Of a stretch of DNA of 64,000 nt, positions 44,072 through 58,708 are shown piece after piece; positions within the stretch are counted from its first letter, which is position 1; each line of letters begins with the position of its first letter. The notes beneath the pieces were generated by a model, which made no database searches, had not been told where the DNA came from, and saw only the letters and a list, made by a program, of their open reading frames with translations. Source of the stretch: Eledone cirrhosa (Eukaryota); the NCBI GenBank assembly GCA_964016885.1, contig OZ024750.1:46748001-46812000 (forward strand), given 5' to 3'. The position numbers were made by a program, and so were the translations under genes.

Positions 44072-44449
44072 TAACGCCTAGGGGTATTACTTCTACTACC
44101 ACTATGACCACGACCACTAACAACAACAACAACAACAACAATAATAATAATAATAAAAGTGATGTTGATGGTGATGATTAATAGAAAATGCTATTTTCAT
44201 CATTTCAAAAAAGCAAAACAATTGATACGTTGGATATGACTATTGGTCGTTAGCATGCTCAACCAGCCGTGACGCTTAAACCAATCAGCTGTAGTAATTC
44301 AGTGTAACTACACACTGATTGGTCGAAATACAGTTTACATGGCTTTGCATTCTGGAGCCACTTTTCTCTGTATAAAATGTATAAAAGGTAGGAAATTTAC
44401 CCATCTCATTACAGTTGAAAATTGCAAACTCGACTGTCACCACATATCA

Positions 44450-44488
44450 TGAACCTGAAGATTGCGAAAGCATGAAAGTACTTGTTCA
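44450..44488 (+). ncRNA. Minimal type-I hammerhead ribozyme of element A (mirror at 41405-41443; also 32087-32125 and 32179-32215)
   Basis: tgaac-CTGAAGA-t-tgc(gaaa)gca-t-GAAA-gtac-TT-gttca, giving stem I 5 bp and palindromic stem III AGTACT. Confidence 0.85.
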
Positions 44489-44753
44489 ATTAACACTTAG
44501 AATTTAATATTCTATCATACTATTTCATTATAATACCATTATATATATTTTAAAGGATTGTAAATAAAACGAGTAAATCAGACAAAGTTGGAATTCCTCT
44601 TATTAATATATATATATATATTATGAATATATATAAATATGTGTGTATATGCCTATGTATGTGTTTATAGATATATATATATATACACATATAAACACAC
44701 ACATCTGCATATACACACACATACACACATACATAGGCATATACACACACGCG

Positions 44754-44843
<90 letters not shown>

Positions 44844-44931
44844 GCCCTCTTTGGATTTTAGTCTTCAAATTTATTATTATTACTCTATATATATATACAT
44901 ACATAGTTATAGTTTGAGTGCGGTGCCAATA

Positions 44932-45017
<86 letters not shown>

Positions 45018-45033
45018 TCTAATTTAGTCCAGA

Positions 45034-46286
45034 ATTATCTTACAGAACAACTTTTTTAATTTCGTTGGCAGTACTTACAAGCAAATATCGGGGACTGCGA
45101 TGGGTACAAAATCCGCCCCAACTTATGCCAACTTAGCGATGGCATACTTAGAAGTACAGATATATGAACAGTCCAAATTAAAATACGGATTGAACTTCCA
45201 CAAATATTTATCAGAGAATTGGAAACGCTACTTGGATGATTGTCTCATTCTTTGGTCCCACACACTCGACCAAACTGAAGGATTTCAAAAACTTAATAAA
45301 CGGCATCAACAACCACATCTAATTCACAATGGACTACAGCCAAGATCAACTCCCATTTCTGGACATCTTAATCTTAAAAAAAGACATAAACATTGAAACT
45401 GACATACACTACAAACCAACAGATTCCAAACAATACCTGCTATTCACATCCAACCATCCAAAGCACACGAAGACGAACATTCCTTTTAACCTAGCAAGAA
45501 TTATTTGCACAATTGTCTCCAATTATGAAACGCGAAATAAAAGACTTCAAGAATTAAAGGAAATTCTACTCGAAAGAGAGTACCCACCATTACTAATAAA
45601 TAATGGAATAGAAAGGGCTAAAGCAATAGGCATTGATGAATTACGAAAACAGAAACAAATCCCAGGTACCTCCAATTTTCTATCATATATCTCAACACAC
45701 AGCCCAAGAAATGCGGAAGATTACAACACTATTCACAAGAACATCCCACTACTAAAACAAAAAACCCAAGAATGAAAAAAGCCCTTGAAACACACAAAAT
45801 AATCAAAAGCAAAAGACAACCGAAATCACTGAAAACATTACTCACCAATGCCAAATTACCTACCACAAAACCACAACCAACTGTCAAAAAATGTGGTCGT
45901 TCTAATTGTGGAACCTGCACTCACCTCACTGAAGGCCACACGTATACATTTAAATCAGAACAACATTTTGCTGTAAAAAATCACTTCACTTGCTCATCGA
46001 AAATGTAGTTTATGTCATTAAATGTAAAGGATCCAATGAAGATTATATAGGACAAACTAAACTCACACTCAGATACAGAATGACAGTTCATCGCCAACAA
46101 TTACGAGATCCAACCACAAGAAAGAAACCACTAAGCATACATCTAGACATATGCGCAAGTAATAAGACACCCAAATTCCAAGTCTTCCCATTTTACCTTT
46201 GCGCTAACAATACAACAGAACAAATACGAATAAATAAGGAAAATATGTTTATTCAAAAATATAGACCAGCATTAAATATGGTTTAA
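45034..46286 (+). pseudogene. Disrupted PLE RT-GIY-YIG ORF (3 frameshifts)
   Basis: Consecutive ORFs 45100-45396, 45329-45775, 45772-46008 and 45990-46286 carry GTAMGTKSAPTYAN, WKRYLDD, LPFLD, YKPTD and NVVYVIKC...YIGQT. They are collinear with the element A protein. Confidence 0.9.
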
Positions 46287-47307
46287 TATACATTATGTCA
46301 TCACCATAACATGCTAACCATCCAAACATACACATACGCACACACATAACACCTGCTACTTTAGAAAATAAACCTTAACATAGGTTTGCGCTGACAATAC
46401 AACTGAACAAATACGAATAAGGAAAATATGTTAATTCAAAAATATTCCTACTAAAGGAATCATTTTCCTACACACACACACATACACACAATATATATAT
46501 ATTCTCTTCATCTTAACATGCTAACCATACTCCCACACACATAACACCCATACACACACATAAAAACCTCCACCTCCACCCCCACAACTCCCCCCCCCCC
46601 CCCATTTCTACTAATAGAATACCTTTCCTACACACATATACACACACACACACAAAATATATATATTCTCTCCATCTTAAAATACTCCCACACACACTCA
46701 CATAACACCCATATACACACACACACAACTCCCTCCCCCATTTCTACTAATAGAATCATCTTCCAATACACATACACACAAGCACACAAATAAACATACA
46801 CATCTTTACTTTCTTTATTCAATAGAAAATCTGAATTCTGACACCCCATCGAACTAACCATATTCACTGAACCAGAACAATTCTCCCATCCAATTTCTCT
46901 TGACCATTATCTTTTGCTTGTCATAAAATCCTCTAAAAAGGCTACAGAATAGATTTCCAAATAAGAGCGCGAACATTTAATGAAAACTTGTTCACGTGAC
47001 AGCCATAATTTCATTTATAACCAATCAAATTAGGTTTATTTAAAAAAAAGCCTTCGTGAGCCCCTTTTTTTAAGTAAAAATAAATTCAAACACTCATATA
47101 TGAAAAAAACAACCTGTGCTCCCTCCCCCTCCTTGTTTGAAGAATTTGTAACGCGAGCTGGCGCGAAATTTATTATAATTATTGACCAACCAATCAACTT
47201 ACTTCTCTAAAATCCTGGCATTTCGAACCACTTTTTTCCATATAAAACAAGTAACATTCAGAGACCAACCAGATGTGAGAAAAACCACAGACGCTCCATC
47301 TCGACTC

Positions 47308-47347
47308 TACTTTTGAAAAGCAGAAGAACTGCGAAACCGGTAAAGTA
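47308..47347 (+). ncRNA. Minimal hammerhead ribozyme with U3-A8 variant core (element B)
   Basis: tactt-TTGAAAA-gcag(aagaa)ctgc-GAAA-ccgg-TA-aagta, with palindromic stem III ACCGGT. Confidence 0.75.
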
Positions 47348-47476
47348 ACCAAATAAATATATACATTTTTTTAAAAATAAGACTCCAGTTGCATTTTCGA
47401 TTTCATCCTTTTTCTTTATACTTTCACTCGTGTAGGACACCTCGGTTATTTTTCATTTTGTAAAAAAAAGCTCACA

Positions 47477-47548
<72 letters not shown>

Positions 47549-48007
47549 GTAGTTGAAACAGTAAACAAAAAAAAAACAACGTGGAAGCGAAAAAGCTGTA
47601 CAAAATGTTAATATTAGAAAACTATATATATATTTATCTTCCGCATATAAGTGACCGCGCGTGTGTGTGTGTTTTTTACGCGTGCTTTCATACTCGTATG
47701 TGTATTTAATACCTGTATCTGGATGCGTGTCAACTAAATTATCATCTTCTTTTTCAACTCATATTATATCCGTATTTGTGGTCACATATACACAAATATA
47801 CTTGCCCTCATATATGTACTTACGCACACATTTTCACCATACACATGCATTTGTACATACACACATATGTACATTTGTGAGTGTATATACATACATATAC
47901 ACATACCTAACTATTTTTCCTTATATTTTTTATATATTTTTCTATATTTTTTAATATATTTTTTGCATTTCTTGAGGAGACTTTCCAAATATTTCACTAT
48001 GTTCTAT

Positions 48008-48085
48008 ATTACCTTGTCCGACGAACGAATGAGGACGTTTTTTTCGTATTCGTCTTATTCGGGAAACCTCTGGTAATGAGGTAAT
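48008..48085 (+). ncRNA. Hammerhead ribozyme with U4C core in a solo terminal repeat (~47545-48187)
   Basis: attaccttgt-CCGACGA-a-cgaatgaggacg...cgtcttattcg-g-GAAA-cc(tct)gg-TA-atgaggtaat, with a 10-bp stem I. Confidence 0.7.
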
Positions 48086-48199
48086 TATATTGTATTGTTT
48101 ATTATACATTAAATTTTGCTCTGGTACTTACATAGAGAACTCTTCACTCCTATGACTTTTTCAATTTTGAACGAAAACTTCAATACTTATATATATATA

Positions 48200-50160
48200 T
48201 ATATATATTATTCAAAATATTAATGAATGAAAAATATTCTCATAATCAAAATATATATTTTATTATACATATTTGAAAGGTTCACTGGTGTTTAAGTACG
48301 TTTTCCATAGATAAAATATATAAGAGATTGGATATGCGACACACCGCTACGGTTTCGATTATTCAATTCCAATAGTGGCAGTGATTTATTTCACCCACCC
48401 TCAACGTTTTTATACCACACATAATATGATATACTTAGAGAAGAAGAGGACTTAGACCAAGGCAGAAACATAGAAGGGGAGTTGAGATGGAAGATGCGAA
48501 GAAAAATAAGTGAAATAAACAAATGAATAAATACATAAATATATAAATGAATAAAATAATAAATGAATAAGGAAGAAAAAGTGAAGATGTAGTGAGAGAA
48601 GAAGGGGAATAAAAATAGAAGAAAGGGAAGATGCGAGGAGAAAAAAGAAAAAAAAGAAGGGGAATAAAGAAAAACGAAGAAGGGGAAAAAGAAAGGCTAA
48701 CATAGAGGGTAGACTAAAAAACCGTTGTATTCAAATGCTAGACAAAATTAAAAATTAAATTGTTTTCCCTAATATATATCAGTGAATACGATTGTATTGG
48801 ATTACGCTTTAGTTAAAATTAAGTTTATATTATATCCAGATTATTAGGCATAGATTACTTTTTATAACAATCAAATGTTTAAGTTAATTTCAAATTTATA
48901 TGCTTAAATTAATTTAATTTAGCTCATTCTAGATTATTACAATTTTTTATTATAAGGTAAGATATTCTATCAATATTATACTACGACTTTCAAACACTTT
49001 ATCTTTAATGCCTAATTAAAAAAACTATTAAATATGTATCAAAATATATTAAAATCCATATATTCCCATCAATATATATAATATATTTTGTTCATTTATT
49101 ATCTAAATTATTACTTTTTGTGATTACTTCAATTAGGCAAAATTTACATATATTTAAGTTGTTATTTGTCCTTAATTTTTTGGAAGATTTTTTAATTGCC
49201 TGGAAGATTTTATCAATTTTATGATGACAACTACTAAATAATTCATATTTTTTATTGATTAAATTGTTATAGTTTGTGATTATATGAAGAATCTCTTGAT
49301 TGCAATGATAGAAAATTCTGAGATTGCTGAGTTCCAGTAAGGGGTAGCATTCCTCCAAGAGATGGTGTATTCAATGTTATTGTCCTTTAAATACCATACT
49401 AACTGTGAAAGTGCAGTTGACAATTTTTTTATCCGGTCCATTAAATGATTGTCTGTGATTATATCAACGTTCCATAAATTTAGACGAAGAAGCACATTTG
49501 TAATTATATATATTATCATTTGCCTTAATGGTACATTTATATACAATATTTTTATCATGGCAATTATTTTGTAACGGGCATTCTGACCTATTTCTACAAT
49601 TACATTTATTCTCATTGTTATTTACAGATATACTATTCTCACTGTTATTTAAAGGCTTTATACTATTATTCATGTTTAGACTATTATTATTGTTATTCCT
49701 ATTAACTAATATGTTATTATTACTATTATTGCTTAGTAGAGGTTGGTTTGATTTTAGATTCTTATTTATTTTTGCTATATTTTGAGCAAAACTCATAGCA
49801 GTTGGGTAAGAGAGTTTAACTGTGTTTCTATTGAAGATAGGGTAATATTTATAAGATCTAGGGAAGCATTTATCTAAAGCTTTAAAAAATAAATGTGCTA
49901 AGGATGCAGGCGGTGCATACCAAATTATAGATCTAGTTCTTACTTTCTTCTTCGATTTATTTATCCAGTTATATTTATATTCATTTTTATGATGATTATT
50001 ATGATTATAATTAATTTTACTTTGATATATACTCAATGTTATTGTTATATCCAGCTTTTTGTAACGCTTCATTATAATATATAGCCTTACTATTAAATAT
50101 GGATCTTTTAGCAGAGAGCCTGGATATTCGTTATTGTACACTGTTGATTATCGCATTCAT
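48200..50160 (-). pseudogene. Degenerate Penelope-like element E (RT C-terminus, linker and GIY-YIG)
   Basis: ORF fragments read IIWYAPP...FFKALDKCFP....IFNRNTVKLSY, CNCRNRSECPLQNNCHDKNIVYKC and TALSQLVWYLKDNNIEYTISW, typical of one PLE lineage. Stops and frameshifts are present. Confidence 0.82.
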
Positions 50161-52070
50161 ATTTTACCTTATTCATATTTTAACATTTATTAATAGTTTG
50201 AATAATATTAAATACACCAGAAACATTTCCAGTCGAGTGCTCCTAATTTACTTTAAAATTGTATTCGTTGAATAATCAACGAACGATATAAACTTTGGTT
50301 ATATATATTTAGTTTTCTAGTTTCAATTTTTCAACTGAATTAATTACTTGCTATTCGTATTGAAGGTAATGATAATAGCGTTGGTTTAGCTTTTGAAGCT
50401 ATAAGCTATAAGTACACTCATGTATCATATAATGTTCTTCCTGTTTCTACATGATAATGCTTCTAATATAATTTTTCCTGCATATCCGTCCACTCCAATG
50501 ACGAAAGTTCCAATTATTTCTTATTAACAGAACATTCTGTGTATGAAATTAACGTTTACATTTGTGAACACTTGCACATGCGCATCAGCATTTAACCTAT
50601 TTTATTTTAGATGCATTGTGACACACTACGTGATAAGACTGCTTCTTTGCATTACAGCTAACATTCATTTTTACCAGTTGAATTATCGAGCCGTTTGTTA
50701 TATATAACGTCTTGCTCATGGAAACAACTCGCTGCCGGGAATAAAACTAACAACCTTACAATCAGGAGTTGTAAACACATAACATTCAAAACAATCTAAT
50801 TTACTAAATGCTATATAGTACTAGACCACAGCAATGCAGAAAATCTTCCTGCCTGTCTTTAACTTGGCTGCACTGAGGCTTTTCGGAGATGAAACGCAAC
50901 AATAAGCGCCCTAGCGATCTGATTGCTTATCACGGACCTCGTATCTCGAGGCCCGTTCTCCGATTTACGCGAAACTTGTATTATTCCATTTGTATTCCCA
51001 TTTCAGGGGCAACATATTTTCAAAGTATTTTGCAATTATGCGCCGTTTTGACTGTATTAATTTACAGACAAGACCCATTCACAGAGATTTAGTAGTATAT
51101 ATACTATAAATATACTATATACGCACTAAATTCAACTATTATTTTTATAAACATGGTCTTATTTTTATTTCACCAATAACCGGAAGAAAAACTTGAATTT
51201 TCTAGAGTTAACATTTAGAGAAAATTTGAAATTGTGTGTATATTGAATCAAATCACTCATAGAAAACAAATATTGTTACTGAATTGAATGCGATAAAAGT
51301 ATTTGACATTATATAAATCTAGTTAGAAAAGTTTAGCCTGATTATGTAAAAAAAAATAATTTAAATACACTACTGCACATTTTCACCTTGATTTTTTAAA
51401 TTTTCACCCATAATCTTCCACAGATAATCTCCCCCCCCCCCCACTCTCTATTTTTTTTCTCTCTCTCTCTCAATATATATATATATATATATGTATATAA
51501 CAACAGGACATCTCGAATTGCATGGAGAACCGTGGAAATAATTATAATGATTAAATGAACATATTTTGTTATATATATATATATGTCAGCAAATTTCAAT
51601 AATATTAAGGCACCCTGATGGCACAAACCCCGGGGGCACAAACGCCCGTTGAAAATTGTTTTCCTTCGATTCATATGAAATTGAAACCATAGGTAAATGA
51701 CAAGATATGATGCCTATCCCCAAAAGATTTAAATTGATATTTTGAAAAAAATGATTTACAAGAAACAAAATAAGAATAAGATTTAATAACGTAATTTTAA
51801 TTTCATATATAAAAAAAAAATAATTGTTTCTACTTTAGGCACAAGGCCAGCAAATACCCAGTGCATTACTGGTACTTTATTTTATCGACCCCGTAAGGAT
51901 GAAAGGCAAAGTCAACCTCCAATCTTTCATACATTGTATTTTACATTGAGTAATATTGAAATTCAGAGTTTTTCTCCATAAATTATATCCCTGATTTAAA
52001 ATCAATCATCATATACTCAGAACCAAAAAAAAAATGTGTGAAAAGCAGTAATGCACGGGTAATTCGGCAA

Positions 52071-52174
<104 letters not shown>

Positions 52175-52349
52175 ACACAACTCGATCTCCTTTAACTTTT
52201 GAAAATCATGAAACACATGAACCTTCTGAAAGCATCCAATTGCACTTCTTATTTTTACAATAATTTTACCCGTGCGAACTATATTAAGATGAAACCCTAC
52301 TTTCGAATAGGTGACATTTTTAATATATATATATAGAGAGATATGCATG

Positions 52350-52381
<32 letters not shown>

Positions 52382-52382
52382 C

Positions 52383-52968
52383 GTCAGGTCACCAGTTGGT
52401 GCCACTGGTAACATGTATCCCAGTACAACCTGTCCCATGGTCAAGTCGTTGGCGACTAAACTGGCAACCCTACCAAGGTTTCTTGGTGAGGAGGGTGACT
52501 TTGGACAACCTGCAGGACTAAAAACAAAACCTATCAAAGGGCAAAGGAGCTCTTCAGAGTCAATGGCCATCCAAAATAAGAGAGATGACCCCTTAGCCTT
52601 TGTCAATGCAGAATTCTAGGAGAAGGAAAACTCTGATATAACACCTGCAACCCTGATGGTATCCAATGATGTTGACTTGTTCTTCTTGGTTAAGAGAGTG
52701 GGACTGGCTTTGTGCAGTGCCTTTGCTCACTATACAAGCTTCACAGTACAGGCATTGCTTTATATCTGGAGATATCTGAACTTGTCGTCACATGGTACCA
52801 TGGGCCCAGCACTATGTGTCAATAATTGTCACAAGTGTAGTGTTTGTACCATAGTTTTCAAGTCGCTGGCTGGACTAAAAAGTCACACTCGTTCAGCGCA
52901 TCGGTAGGGGTTCTCCTACATGGATATAAAGTAGTGTCCGTACTCGAAAACGAGTTGGCAGCCACCAT
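52383..52968 (+). mobile_element. Bipartite non-autonomous RTE-derived retroposon (5' UTR fused to 3' end)
   Basis: A structured 5' part is joined to the RTE-type C2H2 remnant [23 protein letters not shown] and the tail ctcgaaaacgagttggcagccaccata. It sits within TA/CA repeats. Confidence 0.7.
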
Positions 52969-53010
<42 letters not shown>

Positions 53011-54557
53011 CTATATATATATATATACATATCTATATATATATATATATACATATCTATATATATATATACATACATATATATATACATACATATATAA
53101 ACATACACACACACATATATATATATGTATCGATAGATAGGTAGTTGTGCGATCACACACATACATTCAGCCTCACACTCAAATACAAAAACGCTATATA
53201 AATAAATACATATATATATATGTGTTTGTGTGTGCCTCTCTGTGTGTGTGTCTCTCTGTGTGAATGTGTGTCTGTGTGTGTATGGGTGTGTATGGGTGTG
53301 TGTGTAAGTGTGTATGTGTGTGTGTTGATATTCAAATATGAAGATTTCTGAAGTATATTGAATTTTTAATAGTTAACTATGCATCAATATTGGAATATAT
53401 ATTTGTATTACTTAGTATGACTCCAAATTTCTCGCAACCAAGTATTGATTTCTATCATAGGCAAAGAGCCAAGAATGTTTGTGGCAAAGAGCCTGTCGAT
53501 CTAATCGACCCAGGTCTTGTGTGATACATATTGTATTGATGAGAGGCAAACAAAGAAAAAATGATGTCTCCTATTTCTGATTCTCCAACACCTTTACTAC
53601 CATTACCTCTCTTTCTAGGAGTTGCCGTGACTCCAGTCGCCCAAACACAGGCAATCCCGTCACCCTTCCTCTCATTACTTTTATCACCCATGTTGTGAAC
53701 TACATACGTTCTAACCTCAACACACCTTCTTACATGCCAGTAATGTAGGCCCTCAGGCATTACATGTTTCTTCGTCCCCAAAGATGTGTAAATGCAACGC
53801 TTTAAGTAAAATATCCACAACAGTAATCTCTTCATTTACAGGGAGAGACTACCTAAACCATGGGTAGTGCCCATTTCTCCAGATCTTCTAATTAAAAAAA
53901 CGGAAATCCCTCCTTTCAATTATATTTTACCCAAATTGTTGTATCCACAATTTAAACAGATTGTCAATAGCCTCCTTCCCTCTAGTCACAGACAATATGC
54001 TAAATACATGCAATCTGCCCAAGCCAACCTTCCACATCTAAGTATAACTTATAAAGCGGGAAGATTCGAAAATCTTTCATTTCTATACCTTCATCATTTC
54101 CCTTCTATTACGGATTCCTCTCTCTCTTAATAATAAACACATTAAAACCATGTATCGATTGATTCTTCGAATCCAAGGTGTGTTAACATTGATGTAATAT
54201 ATGTGTCGCAGGTTTCGATTTCATAAAATACAAGTAAAGATTCAATATGATGTTTAGATACGGTATTATAATTTTGAGTGCAACAAATGTTCGTCAATTA
54301 TTTGGGCTATGCGGGTTAAACTATAAGGTTCAAATAATATAATTAGTATAGAAAATCGCTCTACTTCTCCGCTATACATCACCTTGTAGTTTTATACCAA
54401 CATCAGAAATCAATATACATTTTCGACTTTAATCACAAGATTTCTGACCTAAAAATGTGTAGGCATTGGAAAACTGTGGTTAGAGTCAGGTCAGTGAGGT
54501 TTTTTTAATGTTCATTCCCTTTCTTTCTCTCTCTTTCTGCCCCTTCTCCTCCCCTCC

Positions 54558-54636
<79 letters not shown>

Positions 54637-56949
54637 TATATGTATATATATATATATATACATTTGATTTTGTGCGTGTGTATGAATTTTTATAAATGTT
54701 TAACGATGTTGTGTAAAACTGATAATCGATTTAGCTTAATTTAGCTTTTATTATTCTTTTTCTTTTACATTTTGTTTAAACCATATATCATATGTTGTGG
54801 TGCTTTGGTGAATTCTAAGTGTTTTATATTCCATTTGTAATGAAATATAAACATCATCTATCTCCAACACTAAAATTACTGCAAGGAACAAAGGACTCTT
54901 GAAAATAAGTACCTTAAAAAAACACCAACAAACTCCTTGAAAAAAAAAATGCCAAATATGAGTAGTAAGTAAATATATATATGATAGCTTAAGCCTCATT
55001 TGATAGAACGTAAAAAAAAAAAGAAACAGCAACAAAAGAAAACAATATATATTTTAATATAAATTTGGAAACAATAAAAAAACAATTTGAAAATATAAAA
55101 CAATTGATTGCCCAGGGAAGTGAATGGTGATATCGTTTCGGAAATTAAATTACTTAGATTTGTAAATAAAAGAACAAATAAAACGTTCTCGATAAATTAA
55201 TGACTATCAACAGAACAAGGCCGTTTTTTGAAATGTTTTATAAAGGGCTATTAGCCTTAGTTTATGATATCTTTATTAACTCAGTGATATATATTTTATT
55301 TGTTCTCGAATCTTCGTAATAGTTTTGCAATAAAATGTGTGTATAGCAATTTTCAGAAATTAAATGTGTATGAGCGAATACTTGGATTAAATTGTATATA
55401 ACATCAAGTTGTAATTAGCCAGGACATAATAGAGTATATTCATTTCAATGTATAGCAAGACTATATAAGTCATTTATTTCATAGTCTATAATATGTGTCT
55501 TTTATTAAATTCCCCATCACAAATATATACCATTCACTTCTCCGACGACACAAATGACCCTTCTAGTCAAAATATTCGTTACTACCTCAACATTTTCAAT
55601 AGCACATTTTTGTTACAGTTCATCGTTTTTATGGGTGTTTTAGAATATATATTTCTTCGCTATCTAACGTACAGAAAACATTTGATTTCCAATCTTTTAA
55701 TAATGATTGCAATGTTTTCATATAATGTCTTATGTTGATCATAATTACTTACATTCATAGTAAATTCGTTTACATGAGGGCTTTTTATATAATTATATAA
55801 AATATAATAGAAATTATAGAAATTATAGAAATTCATAACAATCTAATGCTGTCTCTTTTAACTATATTCAATATAGGGGAAAATAACGTAAATAAATATT
55901 GTGTACGTAAAGCTGATGAAAACTGCATTTTCTTTTGCGAAAAAACGAAACAAACAAATAAACCCATCATTTTATGGAAATAGTAGTATAACATTAAACG
56001 AATATGTATTTCTTTCTCATTCGATTTTCTGCATTGCTTTTTGATTTACCATTTCTGAAATACTTTTCCAACATTTCCATGCTTTATATTGACACATATC
56101 TGAAAGCATCTAAGTTCTCTCCTTCATTCAATGGCGTGGCTTAAAGCCACTTTAAAACAAAAGATTAACTAAGTATTAGATGATGCAAATATCATATATG
56201 CCGATTGGCTTCTACATAGTCCGGCAGGAGTCAATAAAAGCAGTTTATCTAAAAGAAATCCATAAATATGTCAGAATATCGATCGAAATAGTAAAGGTTT
56301 ATATCGTATCACTTGCACCAGATTCTGTCCTTATCCAATACACTTAAAACTCAAGCACTCATTTGATCCAACTGCAAGAAGATAAGCTGGCCATATAGGG
56401 ATTCAGTTTGCAGGGGGATGAGAGTTTGGTTTAAAAACTAATTTCCATTGCTGAGGTCAATTGGTAAAAAATATTATAGGATTAGGACCGGAATCAAAGC
56501 AAACATCTCACTAAAGATGAAATAAAAATAACATTCTAAATATCTAGTGTTTTGCGCACTCACACCACCACTGATCTATCTGTAACATGTCCAGGGACTA
56601 ACTAACCCATATCAAGTCATGTATATTTACTATAAATGTACATAACTTATATGATTTCATATAAGCTTTTTTATGAATTACGCTGTGTTAATGATACTAC
56701 TAAATAAACTTGTGAGTGTCTAGGCTGGACATGAGTAATCTTTAAAAATGTGTTCTATACTAAAAAAAAATGGATTGCTATGTAGTCGGTTCCTGACACA
56801 GAATAAGAATCGTTCTGAATTTATTTTGTTCAAAGAAAAGCGTTCGTAGAAGCTCCAGGGTAGCACGTACCTGAAAACACTGAAAAAAACGATTACACTC
56901 TACCGTAGTCTTGACAGATAATCCTGCACTTCATTAACATACATTATTT

Positions 56950-57138
56950 CGGTGAATTGGCAGTATCGGTAGAGGGTCGGACGCCATGCTTTGCAACACA
57001 GAGTTACGACCCTTTATGGTATGAGTTCAAATCCCGCCGAGGTTAACTTTGCCTTTCATCCTTACGGGGGTCGATACATTAAGTACACGTAATGTACTGG
57101 GTAATTGCTGGCTATGTGCCAATAGTAGAAACAATTAT
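56950..57138 (+). mobile_element. Deu/Nin-type SINE, full length
   Basis: Collinear with 59481-59666. Confidence 0.8.
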
Positions 57139-58420
57139 TTCTATATAAATAAATCCCTCTTTTCTCTTAGACCTATTTTCTAGCCCTCTATACACTTATA
57201 TAATAAACTTACTTATATACACACAAGCACACACACATACAGAACCACAGAAAGCACAGACATATTCCTTAAAGCTTGAAAAACCTCACTAACAGTGAGG
57301 GTAACATGGTTAGTCTTTTCAACTACATGTAGAGTCCATGCAAGGAGCTTCCGTCTACCTGGTTTCCCTCACAATGCATACGTCGAGCCATGTGTGTGGT
57401 AAATGACACTTGCCCAAGATACCACACAGTGGAATCGAACTAGGAGCTCAACGTTCTCTAAAGAAACCCCTTACCTATTCGACCATGCAGCATCTAGATA
57501 AGTCATTGTGAAACTGTGGCCACTGTACCGCATGCGGCCTGTTCTGAATAGCACGCTTCATTAAAAAATACCTTTGTATTTTATAGTAAGGCGGACCGCT
57601 ATGTGATAAGCCACATCATATGCAGCCCACAGCTCGAAAGAGTTTGCTCATGCTGGGATTAGATACACCCATAGATATAGAGTCAGATAGAACCAGATGC
57701 AGCGAAAGAGGCGGATGTATGTATGTATTTATATTGGCAAAAAGAATAAAAATAACATTTAAGTTGGCAAGCCGTTGGAAAAACCAATGTCCTCTCTGCA
57801 GGAAATAAGAAAAGTTTTAACCCATCCTTACAACAGCACAACAGCTCAAGTGATTTTATTTTTATATCAATAAATATAATTTCTATCGAAGCAGAAAACC
57901 AGCAGCCTTCCTGAATACTGCTTTTTAATACCTACATTTGTTGTGTATATGTATCTTTTTTTTAACTTACATATATAACCAACACACACACTTAAGTAAA
58001 TATACACACTGTATCTTATGTATGAGAATCAATTAGACACACATATATATATCTATATTTAAATATTTGTGTGTCCACAAATGCATGCATTTGAATGCTT
58101 ATATTTCCTATATGTAAACAAGATTACATATTATCATCCAAATCACCATTACGTTTCAATGGATCTAAATAACTATCCCCTGATGTGTACAGTCGACCGA
58201 AATAGCGATTTCGCGTAACATTGATTCGGAATCATATTTATCTTACATATGACAAATGTTACATATCACATTGTAGAAGACTGTGTTGTATGTCCAACAT
58301 TTTACTTTAGATTTAGAAAAGAATAATCAACATACATATGCGGTGTATATGGGAGCATGTCTTACGACGCCAGTACTATCGAAAAGTTCCAAACGGTCAG
58401 GTTTAATAATACCCCCCCTC

Positions 58421-58501
<81 letters not shown>

Positions 58502-58505
58502 TAAA

Positions 58506-58568
<63 letters not shown>

Positions 58569-58579
58569 TATATAGATAT

Positions 58580-58610
<31 letters not shown>

Positions 58611-58611
58611 C

Positions 58612-58708
<97 letters not shown>

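Larger units (their letters stand above)
41251..44610 (+). mobile_element. Penelope-like element A, 5'-truncated, with an upstream inverted copy of its 3' part plus tail extension
   Basis: 41283-42479 is a near-identical reverse complement of 43411-44610. An extra ~32-nt tail (41251-41282) is on the inverted arm only. The body carries an RT plus GIY-YIG ORF, and both ends abut TA-rich microsatellite. Confidence 0.95.
45030..47480 (+). mobile_element. Penelope-like element B, 5'-truncated, with long CA-rich 3' region and terminal repeat
   Basis: Frameshifted RT/GIY-YIG coding region followed by a CA-rich spacer, CCAAT/CCACTTTT-TATAAA motifs and an HHR at 47308. It is flanked by (TA)n on both sides. 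Confidence 0.88.

Noticed and set aside
52387-52510. Possible HDV-like ribozyme at the 5' end of the RTE-derived element (GGTCACC/GGTGACT pairing with a G.U first pair)
   Set aside because: I could not place P3/L3, P1.1 and J4/2 in the required order. Only generic hairpins are supported.
55913-55950. CTGATGA...GAAA near 55913 and CTGAAGA...GAAA near 60995
   Set aside because: There is no convincing stem I or II, so these are chance core words.
57499-57657. Possible hAT/Charlie-like MITE remnant
   Set aside because: TIRs and TSD are too degraded to support.
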